From NCBI GenBank assembly GCA_963758525.1, contig CAVWVQ010000003.1, forward strand, positions 1,280,001 through 1,344,000: a DNA stretch of 64,000 nucleotides. Reading direction: 5' to 3'. Positions 18,783 to 29,142 of this stretch are shown in pieces (the stretch's first letter is position 1; each line of letters begins with the position of its first letter). This DNA comes from an uncultured Phycisphaerales bacterium (lineage in GTDB: Bacteria > Planctomycetota > Phycisphaerae > Tepidisphaerales > Tepidisphaeraceae). The notes below the pieces were generated by a model that was not told where the DNA came from, did not search any database, and was given only the letters and a program-made list of their open reading frames with translations. The translations under genes were made by a program, and so were the position numbers.

Positions 18783-19742
18783 TCAAACCACATCCGCCGA
18801 CGTTTCCACACCGAAAAGGGCATCCACAAAGCGGGCGGGATCAAAAGACTCAATGTCCGCAGGGGTTTCCCCTAGTCCGATAAACTTTACCGGGATACTC
18901 AACTGCTGGCGGATCGAGATGACAACGCCCCCTTTGGCCGTCCCGTCGAGCTTGGCAAGCAGGATGCCGCTCACACCAATGGCGGCGGAGAAATTTTTCG
19001 CCTGCGCCACCGCGTTTTGTCCCGTTGTGGCGTCCAGCACCAGCAGCACTTCGTGCGGAGCGCCGTCGATGCGCTTCGCGACCACGTCGCGAATCTTGGT
19101 CAGCTCCCGCATCAGGTGTTCCTGCGTGTGCAACCGCCCAGCCGTGTCAACGATCAGCAGATCAATCCCCCGCGACTTGGCCGCTTCGCACGCGTCGTAT
19201 GCAACGGCGGCAGGATCCGCGCCCATCTTATGCTTCACGATCTCCACGCCCAGCCGCTCTGCCCAGATCGAGAGCTGGTCGACCGCGGCCGCGCGAAACG
19301 TGTCGCTGGCGCAGACCATCACCTTTTTCTTCAACTCATTTTTCGCCAGCCAGGCGAGCTTGGCGATGCTGGTGGTCTTCCCCGCGCCATTGATTCCCGC
19401 AACAAGCACGACGGTCGGCCCCGACGCGGCAAAGTGCAGTTCGCGATCCTGCGGCGTCGCTCCGCTCACCATCTCCAGAAACTTGCCGCGCACCACCGAC
19501 TCCGCCTCGTCGGCGTTGCGAATGCGCCCCAGCCGCCACCGCTCGCGCACCTCGCCGACGATGGCCTCCACGTTCGACACTCCCACATCCGCCTGCAGCA
19601 GCTTCTGCTCCAGTTCGTCGAGAAATCCCTCATCGATCTGCCGCCCCGGAATGAACAGCGTGCGCACGTCCGTGTTCAAGACGCGAGCGGTGCGCCGCAA
19701 CGCGCCCTTCAGCTTGTCGATCGATTTGGAAAAAAATTGCAT
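18783..19742 (-). CDS. ftsY: Signal recognition particle receptor FtsY
   Basis: GINGAGKTTSIAKLA, DTFRAAA, DTAGRLHT, KLDGTAKGG, IGLGE. Confidence 0.97.
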   Translation of the reverse strand: MQFFSKSIDKLKGALRRTARVLNTDVRTLFIPGRQIDEGFLDELEQKLLQADVGVSNVEAIVGEVRERWRLGRIRNADEAESVVRGKFLEMVSGATPQDRELHFAASGPTVVLVAGINGAGKTTSIAKLAWLAKNELKKKVMVCASDTFRAAAVDQLSIWAERLGVEIVKHKMGADPAAVAYDACEAAKSRGIDLLIVDTAGRLHTQEHLMRELTKIRDVVAKRIDGAPHEVLLVLDATTGQNAVAQAKNFSAAIGVSGILLAKLDGTAKGGVVISIRQQLSIPVKFIGLGETPADIESFDPARFVDALFGVETSADVV

Positions 19743-19867
19743 GGGTCTGGTGATTGGTGATTGGAACGTGACGCGTTTGCGCGAGAAAGCAGAAAGTCGC
19801 AATGAGAGGATGCACGAGCCGCATCAATTTGCATTTTGCAATTTGCAATCCTCAATTTGCAATTCTT

Positions 19868-20410
19868 CTACCCATCCGCCCCCTCCCGGTCCCCGCCGTC
19901 GTGCAACAGCTCGTCCACCACAGCGGGCGCCTCCGTGCCTTCCCCCCGCTCCTCCCCCTTCGTGCCTTCGTGCCTTCGTGCCTCCGTTCCTACCCCCTCC
20001 CCTTTCACCGCCACGATCTCCTTGAGCACCGCATCCAGCACGCCGTTGACAAACGCGGGGCTTTGCTCGGTGGAGAAAGCCTTGGCCAATTCGATTGCTT
20101 CATCAATGACGACTTTCGGCGGCGTGTCAGCGTTGGTCAGCTCCCAGACCGCCAGGCGGAGAATATTCCGATCGACCGCCGGCTGACGCCGCGGCGGCCA
20201 TTGCGGGGCCAGCCTTTCGACTTGAGCTTCGATCATGCCGCGTTGTTCAAAGGTTCCCGTAGCCATCTTCAAAGCAGACTGGCAGACGTCCGGCTCAGCG
20301 CCCGAGTCGCGCAAACACTGATCTGCCAGGACCGTATCGGGCTCGCCGTTGGTATCCCAGAGAAACAACACCTGCATCGCCAGTTCGCGCGTCTTCCGCT
20401 TCTTCAACAT
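19868..20410 (-). CDS. nusB: Transcription antitermination factor NusB with a repeat-derived C-terminal tail
   Basis: RELAMQVLF, VDRNILRLAVWEL, KVVIDEAIELAKAFS, FVNGVLD. Confidence 0.95.
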   Translation of the reverse strand: MLKKRKTRELAMQVLFLWDTNGEPDTVLADQCLRDSGAEPDVCQSALKMATGTFEQRGMIEAQVERLAPQWPPRRQPAVDRNILRLAVWELTNADTPPKVVIDEAIELAKAFSTEQSPAFVNGVLDAVLKEIVAVKGEGVGTEARRHEGTKGEERGEGTEAPAVVDELLHDGGDREGADG

Positions 20411-20612
20411 CGCCGGAAAGTATACGCGCATTCATCCCCGGAGGAATGCCCGCGTGGCATCCATGTCACGGGGAAAGTGACTGTGCGGCGGCAGGATAGC
20501 CCTGGCCGAATCGTTTTGGGGCCGTCAAAGCGTATCGTGCGGGCGTGAGGCTCCAGAGCTGCCGTGTGGCATGGGCGTCCCGCGCGGGCGCCCATGCCAC
20601 GGGAGGGCGTTT

Positions 20613-21947
20613 TTAGTTTCGAGATTTCACGATCGCAACCAGCCCGTATTTTGGCCGGAGGGTGATCGTTGCCAGCAGCGTTGGCGGATCGGGGTCGGGG
20701 ATCTCGACGCGAAAACGCTGGGCAATCGTCGCCAGCGCCAGGATCGCCTCGGTCCACGCGAACGATTCGCCGATGCAGGCCCGCGCTCCCCCGCCAAAGG
20801 GAAAATAGGCCCAGCGCGGACGATTGGGATCGGGTGTCAGCCAACGCTCGGGCGTGAACGATTCTGGGTCGGGCCACCATCGCGGGTCGCGATGCGTCAC
20901 CCACTGACTGACCAGCAGAATCGCGTCAGCCGGCACGGTCTGCCCGGTAATCTGCACCTCACGCATGGCGGTTCGCGCCATTCCCCACGCAGGGGGATAG
21001 AGCCGCATCGCCTCGGCCATGACGGCACGCGTGTAGACCAGCGTTTCCACGTCCGCCGCCGTCGCGGCACGACCCTGCAGCGCCGCGTCAACCTCCGCAT
21101 GCAGCTTCGCCTCCACGCCTGGATTTCTTGCGAGCAGCAGAAATGCGAACGTCAGCGCATTGGCGGTGGTTTCGTGACCTGCCGCGAAGATGGTCAAGCA
21201 TTCATCGCGGAGCTGTGTGTCACTCATCATCCCCTGATCGCCTTCAGAATCGGTCGCCCCCAGGAGCAGTGTCAGCAAATCTTTCTGATCGCCTGTTCCG
21301 GCCGTCCGATCGGCGCGCCGCTCTTCGATGAATCGATCCAGCAGCCGGTTCAGCCGGCGGATCGAACGGCGCAGCAGCAGATTGCTCGGCAGCGGAAGCA
21401 GGTTCATCAACTGATGCAGCGGCGAGAACAGCCGGGTGAACCTCCGCACGATGATGTCCATGTCATGGCCGATTTGCTCGACCTCGTTCTCCACTTCTGC
21501 GCCAAAAAGCGTCTTGCTGACAATTTCCAGCGCAAGCCGGCTCATCTCCGCGTGAATGTCGAGTTTCTGTCCATCGCGCCATCGTTCCAAGGTGCGTTGC
21601 GAGTACTCGACGATAATCGGCGAGTAAGCCTCCATTCGCTGCGGATGAAACACCGGCTGCGCGATTCGCCGCTGTCGGCGATGGAAGTCCCCCTCGCTGG
21701 TCAGCAGCCCCTTGCCGAGCACCGCTTGCGAGCGGCGCATCATCAGGCCTTTGTTGAAAGCGTCATTCTGCGTGACGAGGATTTCACGAACCGCATCCGG
21801 ATGGGAGAACAGAAAAAAGTTCCTCCCGGCCATCACATACGCCACAACGTCCCCATACTGGCGGGCGTTGTCCAGCAAAAAACCGAGCCGGTTGCGCGTA
21901 ATCTGCCAGGCGAGATCGCCGAAAAATCGATTAACGGGGCCGGGCAT
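20613..21947 (-). CDS. Cytochrome P450
   Basis: AGHETT (I helix), EAMR (ExxR), PERW, and FPFGGGARACIGE heme-cysteine motif. Confidence 0.97.
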   Translation of the reverse strand: MPGPVNRFFGDLAWQITRNRLGFLLDNARQYGDVVAYVMAGRNFFLFSHPDAVREILVTQNDAFNKGLMMRRSQAVLGKGLLTSEGDFHRRQRRIAQPVFHPQRMEAYSPIIVEYSQRTLERWRDGQKLDIHAEMSRLALEIVSKTLFGAEVENEVEQIGHDMDIIVRRFTRLFSPLHQLMNLLPLPSNLLLRRSIRRLNRLLDRFIEERRADRTAGTGDQKDLLTLLLGATDSEGDQGMMSDTQLRDECLTIFAAGHETTANALTFAFLLLARNPGVEAKLHAEVDAALQGRAATAADVETLVYTRAVMAEAMRLYPPAWGMARTAMREVQITGQTVPADAILLVSQWVTHRDPRWWPDPESFTPERWLTPDPNRPRWAYFPFGGGARACIGESFAWTEAILALATIAQRFRVEIPDPDPPTLLATITLRPKYGLVAIVKSRN

Positions 21948-22016
21948 GAAATCTTTCTCCGAACAACTGGGCCTGTTCCCGTACGTAGAGCAGTTTTCAG
22001 TTTGGATTGGCGGCCA

Positions 22017-22072
22017 TTGTGGTGCGGGCTTCCAGCCTGCTCCCCAGAGGCAGTCCGGAAGCCTGCATCACA
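22017..22072. repeat. TTGTGGTGCGGGCTTCCAGCCTGC REP doublet
   Basis: Inverted pair; single copies at 10711-10734, 15890-15914 and 46951-46974. Confidence 0.8.
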
Positions 22073-22098
22073 ACGCCACACCAACCCGAAAACTGCAC

Positions 22099-22562
22099 TT
22101 AACTCCGCAGCCGCGTCTGCAGGGCGATCATCTCCGCCGCCGCGTCAGCACTCCGCTCACCGGCGTCGAAACGATCGCGTGCCTGCTGCTCGGTTTCGGT
22201 CGTGAGGACACCAAAGATAATCGGCAGCGACTCGCTCAGCGCCACATCCTGAATTCCCCGGCGCATTCTCCCGCGACAAAATCAAAATGAGGGGTATCTC
22301 CGCGAATGACGCAGCCCAGGCAGATCACCGCGGAAAATTCCCGCGACGCTGCCAGCAGTTTTGCCGCCAACGGCAACTCGAACGCTCCAGGGACGTGATG
22401 CACTTCAATCCGGTCTTCCTCAACACCCAGCGCCCGGAGCTGCTTGATGCAGCGACTCAACAGTTCCCCGACGATCGCCCCGTTAAAACGCGCCGCCACG
22501 ATCGCAACACGCGCATTGCCGGGGATCCGAATCGCCGCAGGCGCGGGAACATTCGAGCTCAT
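22099..22562 (-). CDS. ribH: 6,7-dimethyl-8-ribityllumazine synthase; apparent 1-nt deletion near 22260
   Basis: AIVAARFN, VPGAFELP, CLGCVIRGDTPHFDFVA; continues in the next frame as GIQDVAL...PIIFGVLTT to TAA at 22099. Confidence 0.93.
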
Positions 22563-22737
22563 AGACGCGACACGTTACGAACCTTCGCATCAAATGCAAA
22601 ATCGACAGGCAAGTGCCTCGGAGGTGCGCACGGCAGTGTGCGATGACTGCTGCGATGACAAATCGTTCCTGACGGTCGCGATATCTTATAACCCCATCTC
22701 CGGTACTCCGGGAGATGGGGTTATAATGAGGTAACCA

Positions 22738-23715
22738 ATGCTCTCCGCTCTCTCTCAGCGCCTCCTCCCCGTCCTGCAGCTCACTCGGATGGCACTGGTC
22801 TTCACCGCCATCTCCAATGCCTACTGCACCGCCCTGCTCCTCTGGATGGTCATCCCCGTCGAATCCGCTCTCGACCCGGCCCGAATGCTTTCGATCACGG
22901 GCATCTCCGTCGGCCTGTACGGCTTTGGCATGAGCCTCAACGACATCATCGACCGCCGGCGCGATCGGCAAATCGCATCCCATCGCCCGCTTCCCAGCGG
23001 GCGTGTTGGCGTCCTGACGGCTCATACCATCTGTGCCGTGCTCGGGCTGGGAGCCGTCGCCTGCAGCGTCATCTACGCCCAACTTTCCAACAATTGGATG
23101 AGCGTGGTGCTCGTCGTGTCGGCAGGATTGCTCATCACGTTTTACGACATGGCCGGCAAGTACCTCGTTGCTCCCGGCCTCATCGCCCTGGGACTCATAC
23201 GCTTTCTCCACGCCCTGGCCCCCGCCCCCGGCATTCCCGTGCTCTGGCACCCGCTCCTGCTGCTGACGCATGTCACCGTCCTCTCCACCGTCGCATATGT
23301 GTGGGAGCAAAAGCGCCCTCCGCTGACCAAGATTCACTGGTGGTCCGTGCTGGGCGGGCTGACCGTGATTGATGCCATGGTCATCGCGCTGGTGCTCGAG
23401 CGCAGAGGGCTCGCCGGCCTGCATCTCACGCGCTGGCTGGCGCTCCCGGGCGCCGCCGTCGCCGGATTCGCTGCATTGGCCTGGTGGACCTGGAGCCACA
23501 GCGCCACTCGCCGCGAGGCAGGACAGCGGCTCATGCTCTACGGCCTGCTCTGGCTGATCGTCTACGACGTCAGCTTCGTGCTCGCCTACGTTGGTTGGTT
23601 TCCCGCGATCCTGATGCTGCTGTTCCTGCCGGTGGCATACTTCTCAGTGCAGTTAATGCGCTGGTGGTCCACCGTTCTGGCGATCTCGCAGACGCCGGAA
23701 TTTAAAAGAGCGTAG
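22738..23715 (+). CDS. UbiA-family prenyltransferase-like membrane protein
   Basis: GMSLNDIIDRRRD...RPLPSGR aspartate-rich motif and many TM helices. Confidence 0.85.
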   Translation: MLSALSQRLLPVLQLTRMALVFTAISNAYCTALLLWMVIPVESALDPARMLSITGISVGLYGFGMSLNDIIDRRRDRQIASHRPLPSGRVGVLTAHTICAVLGLGAVACSVIYAQLSNNWMSVVLVVSAGLLITFYDMAGKYLVAPGLIALGLIRFLHALAPAPGIPVLWHPLLLLTHVTVLSTVAYVWEQKRPPLTKIHWWSVLGGLTVIDAMVIALVLERRGLAGLHLTRWLALPGAAVAGFAALAWWTWSHSATRREAGQRLMLYGLLWLIVYDVSFVLAYVGWFPAILMLLFLPVAYFSVQLMRWWSTVLAISQTPEFKRA

Positions 23716-23765
23716 TAGGAGGGTTCAGGGTGTCAGGGTTCAGGGTTCAGGAAAGGCAAACTCTG

Positions 23766-24697
23766 CTACTCCTGACCCCTGAACCCTGAACCCTGAACCC
23801 TACATGCCCGCCTGCGCAACACCTGTCCCGTGTAAATGATCCGCCAGGTATGTCGCGAGAAAAGACTCGCAATTGCACGCGGCGAGGCGAGCAGCGTTCC
23901 CGCGGCACGCGCGGATCGCGCAAGCGCGCTCAACGCCCTCCCGCGCCTGAGGGATTCAACCGCTTCCTGCATGTATGCATTGACGCACTCGAGGCGGACG
24001 TAAGCGGGCGTGCCGGCGCCGTGGCGGCTCAGCACGGCGCGGATTTCATCGAGCCGTTTCCAGCCGCCGCTGGCGGTCTTGCTGTCGCCGAGCCAGCGGT
24101 AATGGGCGAGCACCTGGGGCAAATATTCGATCGTGTGCCGCTCGGCGAGCTTGAGCCACAGATCGTAGTCCATCGTCCAATGCAGCGTCGCATCCAGCCC
24201 CCCCACCGCTTCGAACGCGACGCGCCGGAAGAACGCCGCGGGCTGCACGATAAAATCCGAATAATGAATCAGTCGATGCCGGCTGAACGGCTCGATATGC
24301 GCCAGGGTCCGATGAGGTTTCCATCCGCGTCAATGAAATCAGCGTTCCCATACACCATCGCCACGCCCGGCTGTTCGGAAAGGAATTTCGCCGCGGCCCC
24401 AATCGCTCCTGGCGCGTAGGTGTCATCCGCGTTGAGCCATGCCAGAATCTGGCCGGTCGCGCGGGAAAAGCCCCTATTAATTGCATCCGCCTGACCATGG
24501 TCCGGCTCCGAAATCCAGCGGACACGATCCCCGAACGAACGGAGCAGATCGAGCGTTCCATCGGTCGAGCCGGCGTCCATCACCAGATATTCAACGTGAG
24601 GATAGTCCTGGGAGAGAACGCTCTGGATCGTCGCGGCCAGGTGCTTGCCGGGATTGAAACAGGGTGTCACCACTGAAACCGTAAGCGGATCCGCCAT
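23766..24697 (-). CDS. GT2 glycosyltransferase; apparent frameshift near 24300
   Basis: SVVTPCFN, DAGSTDGT, GQADAINRG, WLNADD, then in another frame QPAAFFRR...MDYDLWLKL. Confidence 0.88.
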
Positions 24698-25107
24698 TCT
24701 TTGTTGAGTCTACTCGCCAGGAGAAGAGCCGCGAAGGGTGTCGCGCGACCGTCATGCCCAAACAGGGAAAGGGGGAACGAAGAGTGAACAATTTCAATTG
24801 AGCTCGCAATTTCAAATCTCAAATTTCGGAGCGGCGCCCGAACGCGGCGATGTTTCGAACTCGCCAGCCACACCGCCGTAGCTTGCCCTTCGCGGCGCTC
24901 CAGCGCATCTCCACACCCTTCCCCCATCGACCCCCACCCTAACCCTCCCCCGGCGTACCAGGGGAGGGCAAAAGAGAGCTCACTCGAAAGTGTCAGGCAC
25001 GCCGGAACCAGAACAGAATCTGATGTCGAGGAGTGTCTTTTGATCCAAGTCCCCAACACGGCTGGGACGCCGACGGAACTCCCATGCCACAGGAAATCAT
25101 GTCACTT

Positions 25108-25845
25108 CTATGCGGCCAGCACCCGGGCGGTGCGCGGCAGAGTGAAGCCGGCGGCTTGGGCGTCGTTGTGGAACATCTGCACGGTTTCAAGTGAATATTG
25201 CGAGAGATCCTTCCCGAGCCCCCCGAGTTTTTTCAGCAGGTCGTGGGTAACGGTGATGACGTGACAGCCAATTTGATCGGCCTGGAGAATATTGAGCACC
25301 TCGCGGGGGCTCGCCCAGATGAGTTGCTGATTGTGAAACGGGCGGAGCATTTCGACGGCGGCCGCCATCATCGGAATCGGATCCCGGCCGGTGTCGGCGA
25401 TGCGTCCCGCGAAGACGGAGACAAACGCGGGCGCTTCGCCGCCGAGCGCTGCGGATACCTCCGCGACCTGTCCCAACGTCATCAGCGCCGTCACGTTTTG
25501 CTTCACGCCCGCCCGAGCCAGCCGGCGGATGAGCTTTGCCGACGACTCGGCCTTGGTGTTGGTCACGGGAATCTTCACGAACACGTTCTCGCCCCACGAC
25601 GCGATCTCGTGCGCCTGCCGTTCCATCTCGCGAAAGTCATCGGAAAAAACTTCAAAGCTGATCGGCTTTTCTTTGATTTCGCTCAAGACCGACAGCGCAA
25701 ACGCGCGGTAATCCGTGATCCCCGCCTTGCGCATGAGAGTCGGATTGGTCGTCAGCCCCGCGATGTGCGGCTGAGCAGCAAGCTCCAGCATCGCGTCGCG
25801 ATCGGCCCCGTCGGCGAACACCTGAATGTGAAGTTCGTTGAGCAT
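25108..25845 (-). CDS. tal: Small transaldolase (sugar-cluster type)
   Basis: FADGAD, GLTTNPTLM, ISFEV, VKIP, SVFAGRIADTG, WASPRE. Confidence 0.9.
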   Translation of the reverse strand: MLNELHIQVFADGADRDAMLELAAQPHIAGLTTNPTLMRKAGITDYRAFALSVLSEIKEKPISFEVFSDDFREMERQAHEIASWGENVFVKIPVTNTKAESSAKLIRRLARAGVKQNVTALMTLGQVAEVSAALGGEAPAFVSVFAGRIADTGRDPIPMMAAAVEMLRPFHNQQLIWASPREVLNILQADQIGCHVITVTHDLLKKLGGLGKDLSQYSLETVQMFHNDAQAAGFTLPRTARVLAA

Positions 25846-25960
25846 AATGAGCGGACGCGAACGTCAGAAGACTAAATGAGCCGCGCGACTTCCAACACGT
25901 TTAGCGGCCGCCCGAAGGGCCGCGTTCATTCAAACGAGCACGGACGAGCGCCCGTTCCCT

Positions 25961-26524
25961 CTATCCCGCGCACCGCGCTGCAAATTTCCCGCTCCACTCG
26001 CCACGCAGAATCCGTTCGCTTCCATCCAATAGATCGGCCACAAACGCCCCCGGCATGCATCGCTCCGCCTGGCTGTACGGACGGTTGATCAACAACGTCC
26101 TGCAACCGGCCCTTTCCCCGGCAACCACATCGCTCCAGCGATCCCCAATCATGAAGCTCGACGGCAAATCGATCTGATGCTCCTCGGCCGCCCAAAGCAA
26201 CAGTCCCGGCGCGGGCTTTCGGCAGGCGCATCGATCGGCGGTGTCGTGATAACAAACGTAGATCGCTTCAATCGGCAAAGCGCTCTGCAATGCCGCGTTG
26301 ATCCGCTCAACCTCGGCCCGCTGCTGCGTGCCCCGCGCCACGTCAGGCTGATTGGTAACCACGATCAGGCGAAATTTCGCCGCCGCGAGCTGCGCGAGCG
26401 CTTCAGGCACGCCTGCGAGTATTTCCATCTCCTCGGCACCGGCCGGCGGATGCGGAACGGCGTCGCGCACGTTGGCACGAATCAGCACTCCATCCCGATC
26501 GAGAAAAATCGCCGATGCACGCAT
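25961..26524 (-). CDS. gmhB: D-glycero-D-manno-heptose 1,7-bisphosphate phosphatase (HAD IIIA)
   Basis: FLDRDGV, VVTNQPD, CYH...CACRKPAPG, MIGDRWSD. Confidence 0.88.
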   Translation of the reverse strand: MRASAIFLDRDGVLIRANVRDAVPHPPAGAEEMEILAGVPEALAQLAAAKFRLIVVTNQPDVARGTQQRAEVERINAALQSALPIEAIYVCYHDTADRCACRKPAPGLLLWAAEEHQIDLPSSFMIGDRWSDVVAGERAGCRTLLINRPYSQAERCMPGAFVADLLDGSERILRGEWSGKFAARCAG

Positions 26525-26533
26525 ACGAAACCC

Positions 26534-27136
26534 CTACGCCGCGACGGCGCCTTCCCACTTGGTGGCAGCGGCCTTGAGCGACGGATGCGACACCAGAAGG
26601 TGCCACAGCAGCGATTGAAAAGTCTCCGAATGCGGCGTGATTGTTTGCGAGTCGACCGTCGGAACGATGACGCATGCGTCCGCCATCGAGGCGGTGAATC
26701 CCCCGTCGCGCCCGACAATTCCGACGATGGATGCCTTCATCTCCCGCGCGTACTGGACGGCGCGGACAAGATTCGGGCTGATATTCCGAACGAGGTCACC
26801 GCCTCCGACCGAGAGTACGAAGATCGCGTCGCGGCTGTTCAGCCGGCTGGTTCGCAGCCAGCTCGCGAAGACCGTGTCCCATCCTTCGTCATTGGTGCGA
26901 GCGGTGAGTTCCGCGACATTGTCCGTGGGTGCGTAAGCCTCGAAATTGCAGAGCTTGCGGAAATCGTTCACCGCATGCGCCGCGTTTGCCGCGCTTCCCC
27001 CGACACCGAGGAAAAAGATCCGCCCGCCCGCGCGGCGCGTCATGACCAGACGATCCACCAGCCGATCGACCGCGCCCACGTCGAGCCGATCCAAGATCAT
27101 TCGGGTCTGCGCCAGATAGTCGGTGGTGAATGACAT
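26534..27136 (-). CDS. gmhA: SIS-domain phosphoheptose isomerase
   Basis: GVGGSAANAAHAVNDFRK, TARTNDEGW, SPNLVRA; heptose-cluster context. Confidence 0.85.
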   Translation of the reverse strand: MSFTTDYLAQTRMILDRLDVGAVDRLVDRLVMTRRAGGRIFFLGVGGSAANAAHAVNDFRKLCNFEAYAPTDNVAELTARTNDEGWDTVFASWLRTSRLNSRDAIFVLSVGGGDLVRNISPNLVRAVQYAREMKASIVGIVGRDGGFTASMADACVIVPTVDSQTITPHSETFQSLLWHLLVSHPSLKAAATKWEGAVAA

Positions 27137-27143
27137 GGTTCCT

Positions 27144-27891
27144 TCAGCCTGGCGAGGGATGACTTGTGTGCGCTTCGAGAAACTGCCGGGTTTCCTCAAG
27201 GGCGGCCGGAGTTCCAATTTCGTAGAACCGATTGGCGACTTCGTATCCCATCATCGCCCGTTCGGCGACGAGTCCTGAATAAAGATCGGCCAGGTCGTAT
27301 TGCCGCGCCGGAGGAATCCGCTCCAGCGCCGCCCGCCGGAACAGCGCGACGCCGTAGTCCACATGATGCATTGCGGGTGTGCGGTTGCGCTTGTCGTAGC
27401 GCACGAGCCGACCCCTGCGAAATTCGACGTTGCTGCGATCCCACCGATCGTCATTCTTCAGAACCGTCATCAGCGCCAGCTTGTCGCTGGCAAGAAACGC
27501 GTCGAGCACCGCCGCGAAATCCACGTCGACGTACGAGTCCCCATAAACGACCCAGAACAGATCGCCGAGCATCGGAAGCGCTCGTCGCATCGCCCCGCCG
27601 GTGCCGAGCAAGCCCGGCGTGTCATGCGAATAACTGACGTTCAGGCCGAATGCACGACCATCGCCGACGTGCGCTTCGATCTGATGGCCCAGATGTCCCA
27701 GACAAAGCACGACGCGCCGGATGCCGTGCCGGTAAAACAGCTCGAGCTGGTGATCGATGAAGGGCCGTCCCGCCACTTCCACCAACGACTTGGGAAGCGC
27801 GTCCTCCGTCACCGCGCAAGCGCGTGGCCAACCCCCCCGCCAGCAGCGTGAGCGTTGTGGAAGCGATGGTATTTGCAGTCTTTCGCTTCAC
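27144..27891 (-). CDS. Sugar-phosphate nucleotidyltransferase (HddC-like); frameshift(s) near 27812, start uncertain
   Basis: LLAGGLATRLR in one frame, then PKSLVEVAGRPF, LGTGGA, YGDSY and FYEIGTP in another. Confidence 0.85.
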
Positions 27892-27943
27892 GTTTCCCCG
27901 TGCACGGGCGTCTCGCCCGTGCTGATTGCGTGGAAGTAAAGGG

Positions 27944-28924
27944 CTACTGGACGATGACCTTCGTTCCCTCAAAATCAAATCGAAACCGCACCTCGCGCAA
28001 TCCCTCGCGCGTCAGCACGCGGCGCAACCGCGTCTTATCCGCCGCATAAAACATCAAAAAGCCACCGCCGCCGGCGCCGATCAGTTTCCCGCCCAGCGCA
28101 CCGTTCTCCACCGCCAGCCGATACCATCGGTCGATGTCCGGGTTTGTCATCTGTCCGCTGCGCTGCTTTTTTCGCTCCCAGTGCGTGTTCATAATCTGCC
28201 CGAACCGCGGCAGATCACCGGCTTCCAACGCATCTTTGGTCTGATAGCCAAGCTCTTTGACGAAGTGGAGATTGTCGGTCATCTCCTGATCGCTCTGGCG
28301 GCTGCGATCATCCTGCTCCTTGAGAATTTTCGACGCCGACCGGCTGTAACCGGTAAAGAATAAGAGGAGATTATCTTCCAGGTTATATTGCGTTTCCGGA
28401 TCGATCTTGAGCGGGCTCGCTTCAACCGTTCCGTTTTGCAGAAACTGGAAGCAGGTCAATCCGCCGTACGCCGCAATATATTGATCCTGCTTGCCGATCG
28501 GCTCCCCAAGCCGGTCGATCTCAATGGTGCAGGCCTGCTCCGCAAGCTGCTGCGGGCTGACGAGATTTCGCTTCAGCGCGTGGAGGGCTTTGAGCAATGC
28601 CGTGGTAAACGACCCCGATGATCCCAGCCCGGTGCCCGCCGGAATATCCGCCATGCTGGTGATTTCCAGATGCGGGTCGCAGATGCCAGCCAATCGCAGC
28701 GCCTCCCGAGCGATCGGATGCTGCACTTCGTCCACCGACGCCACGTGCTCCATCTTCGAATACTTGAGAATCAGCCCGCTTTGAAACGTCTGGTGAAGCG
28801 TAATGTAGACATAACGATCGATCGCACCTGCCACGAGAAACCCGCCGTGTTTTTTAAAATACGACGGAAGATCGGTCCCCCCGCCGCCAAGGCTGATGCG
28901 CAGGGGACTGCGTGTGATGATCAT
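27944..28924 (-). CDS. hddA: GHMP kinase, D-glycero-D-manno-heptose 7-phosphate kinase (HddA-like)
   Basis: PLRISLGGGGTDLP, PAGTGLGSSG, GKQDQY, GKLIGAGGGGF. Confidence 0.88.
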   Translation of the reverse strand: MIITRSPLRISLGGGGTDLPSYFKKHGGFLVAGAIDRYVYITLHQTFQSGLILKYSKMEHVASVDEVQHPIAREALRLAGICDPHLEITSMADIPAGTGLGSSGSFTTALLKALHALKRNLVSPQQLAEQACTIEIDRLGEPIGKQDQYIAAYGGLTCFQFLQNGTVEASPLKIDPETQYNLEDNLLLFFTGYSRSASKILKEQDDRSRQSDQEMTDNLHFVKELGYQTKDALEAGDLPRFGQIMNTHWERKKQRSGQMTNPDIDRWYRLAVENGALGGKLIGAGGGGFLMFYAADKTRLRRVLTREGLREVRFRFDFEGTKVIVQ

Positions 28925-29142
28925 GGCGCGGTCATCCGGGCGTGAGACACATCGAGACTATCGGGAAATTGCCGGGGTGAAGTTGAACTACCTAATTGGC
29001 CACCATTAATTATGTTTTCGCGCGGCAATACCCGGGCCTGTTTCTGGTCCCTTCTCCCGGTACTCCGGGAGAAGGTTGGAATCGGTGCTAAACACGTGAC
29101 GGCGCGATCGCAAGTTCTGGAAAGGGCTCAAATGGCGAACCG

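Noticed and set aside
20571..22205. Long antisense ORFs such as 20571-22205, 13891-15291, 41318-42514 and 60003-61163
   Set aside because: Shadows of well-supported genes in high-GC DNA, with no recognisable motifs.
22099..22562. ribH (and rsmG, ABC, GT2) as true pseudogenes or programmed frameshifts
   Set aside because: Single indels with no further decay and no slippery-site pattern; sequencing error is more likely.
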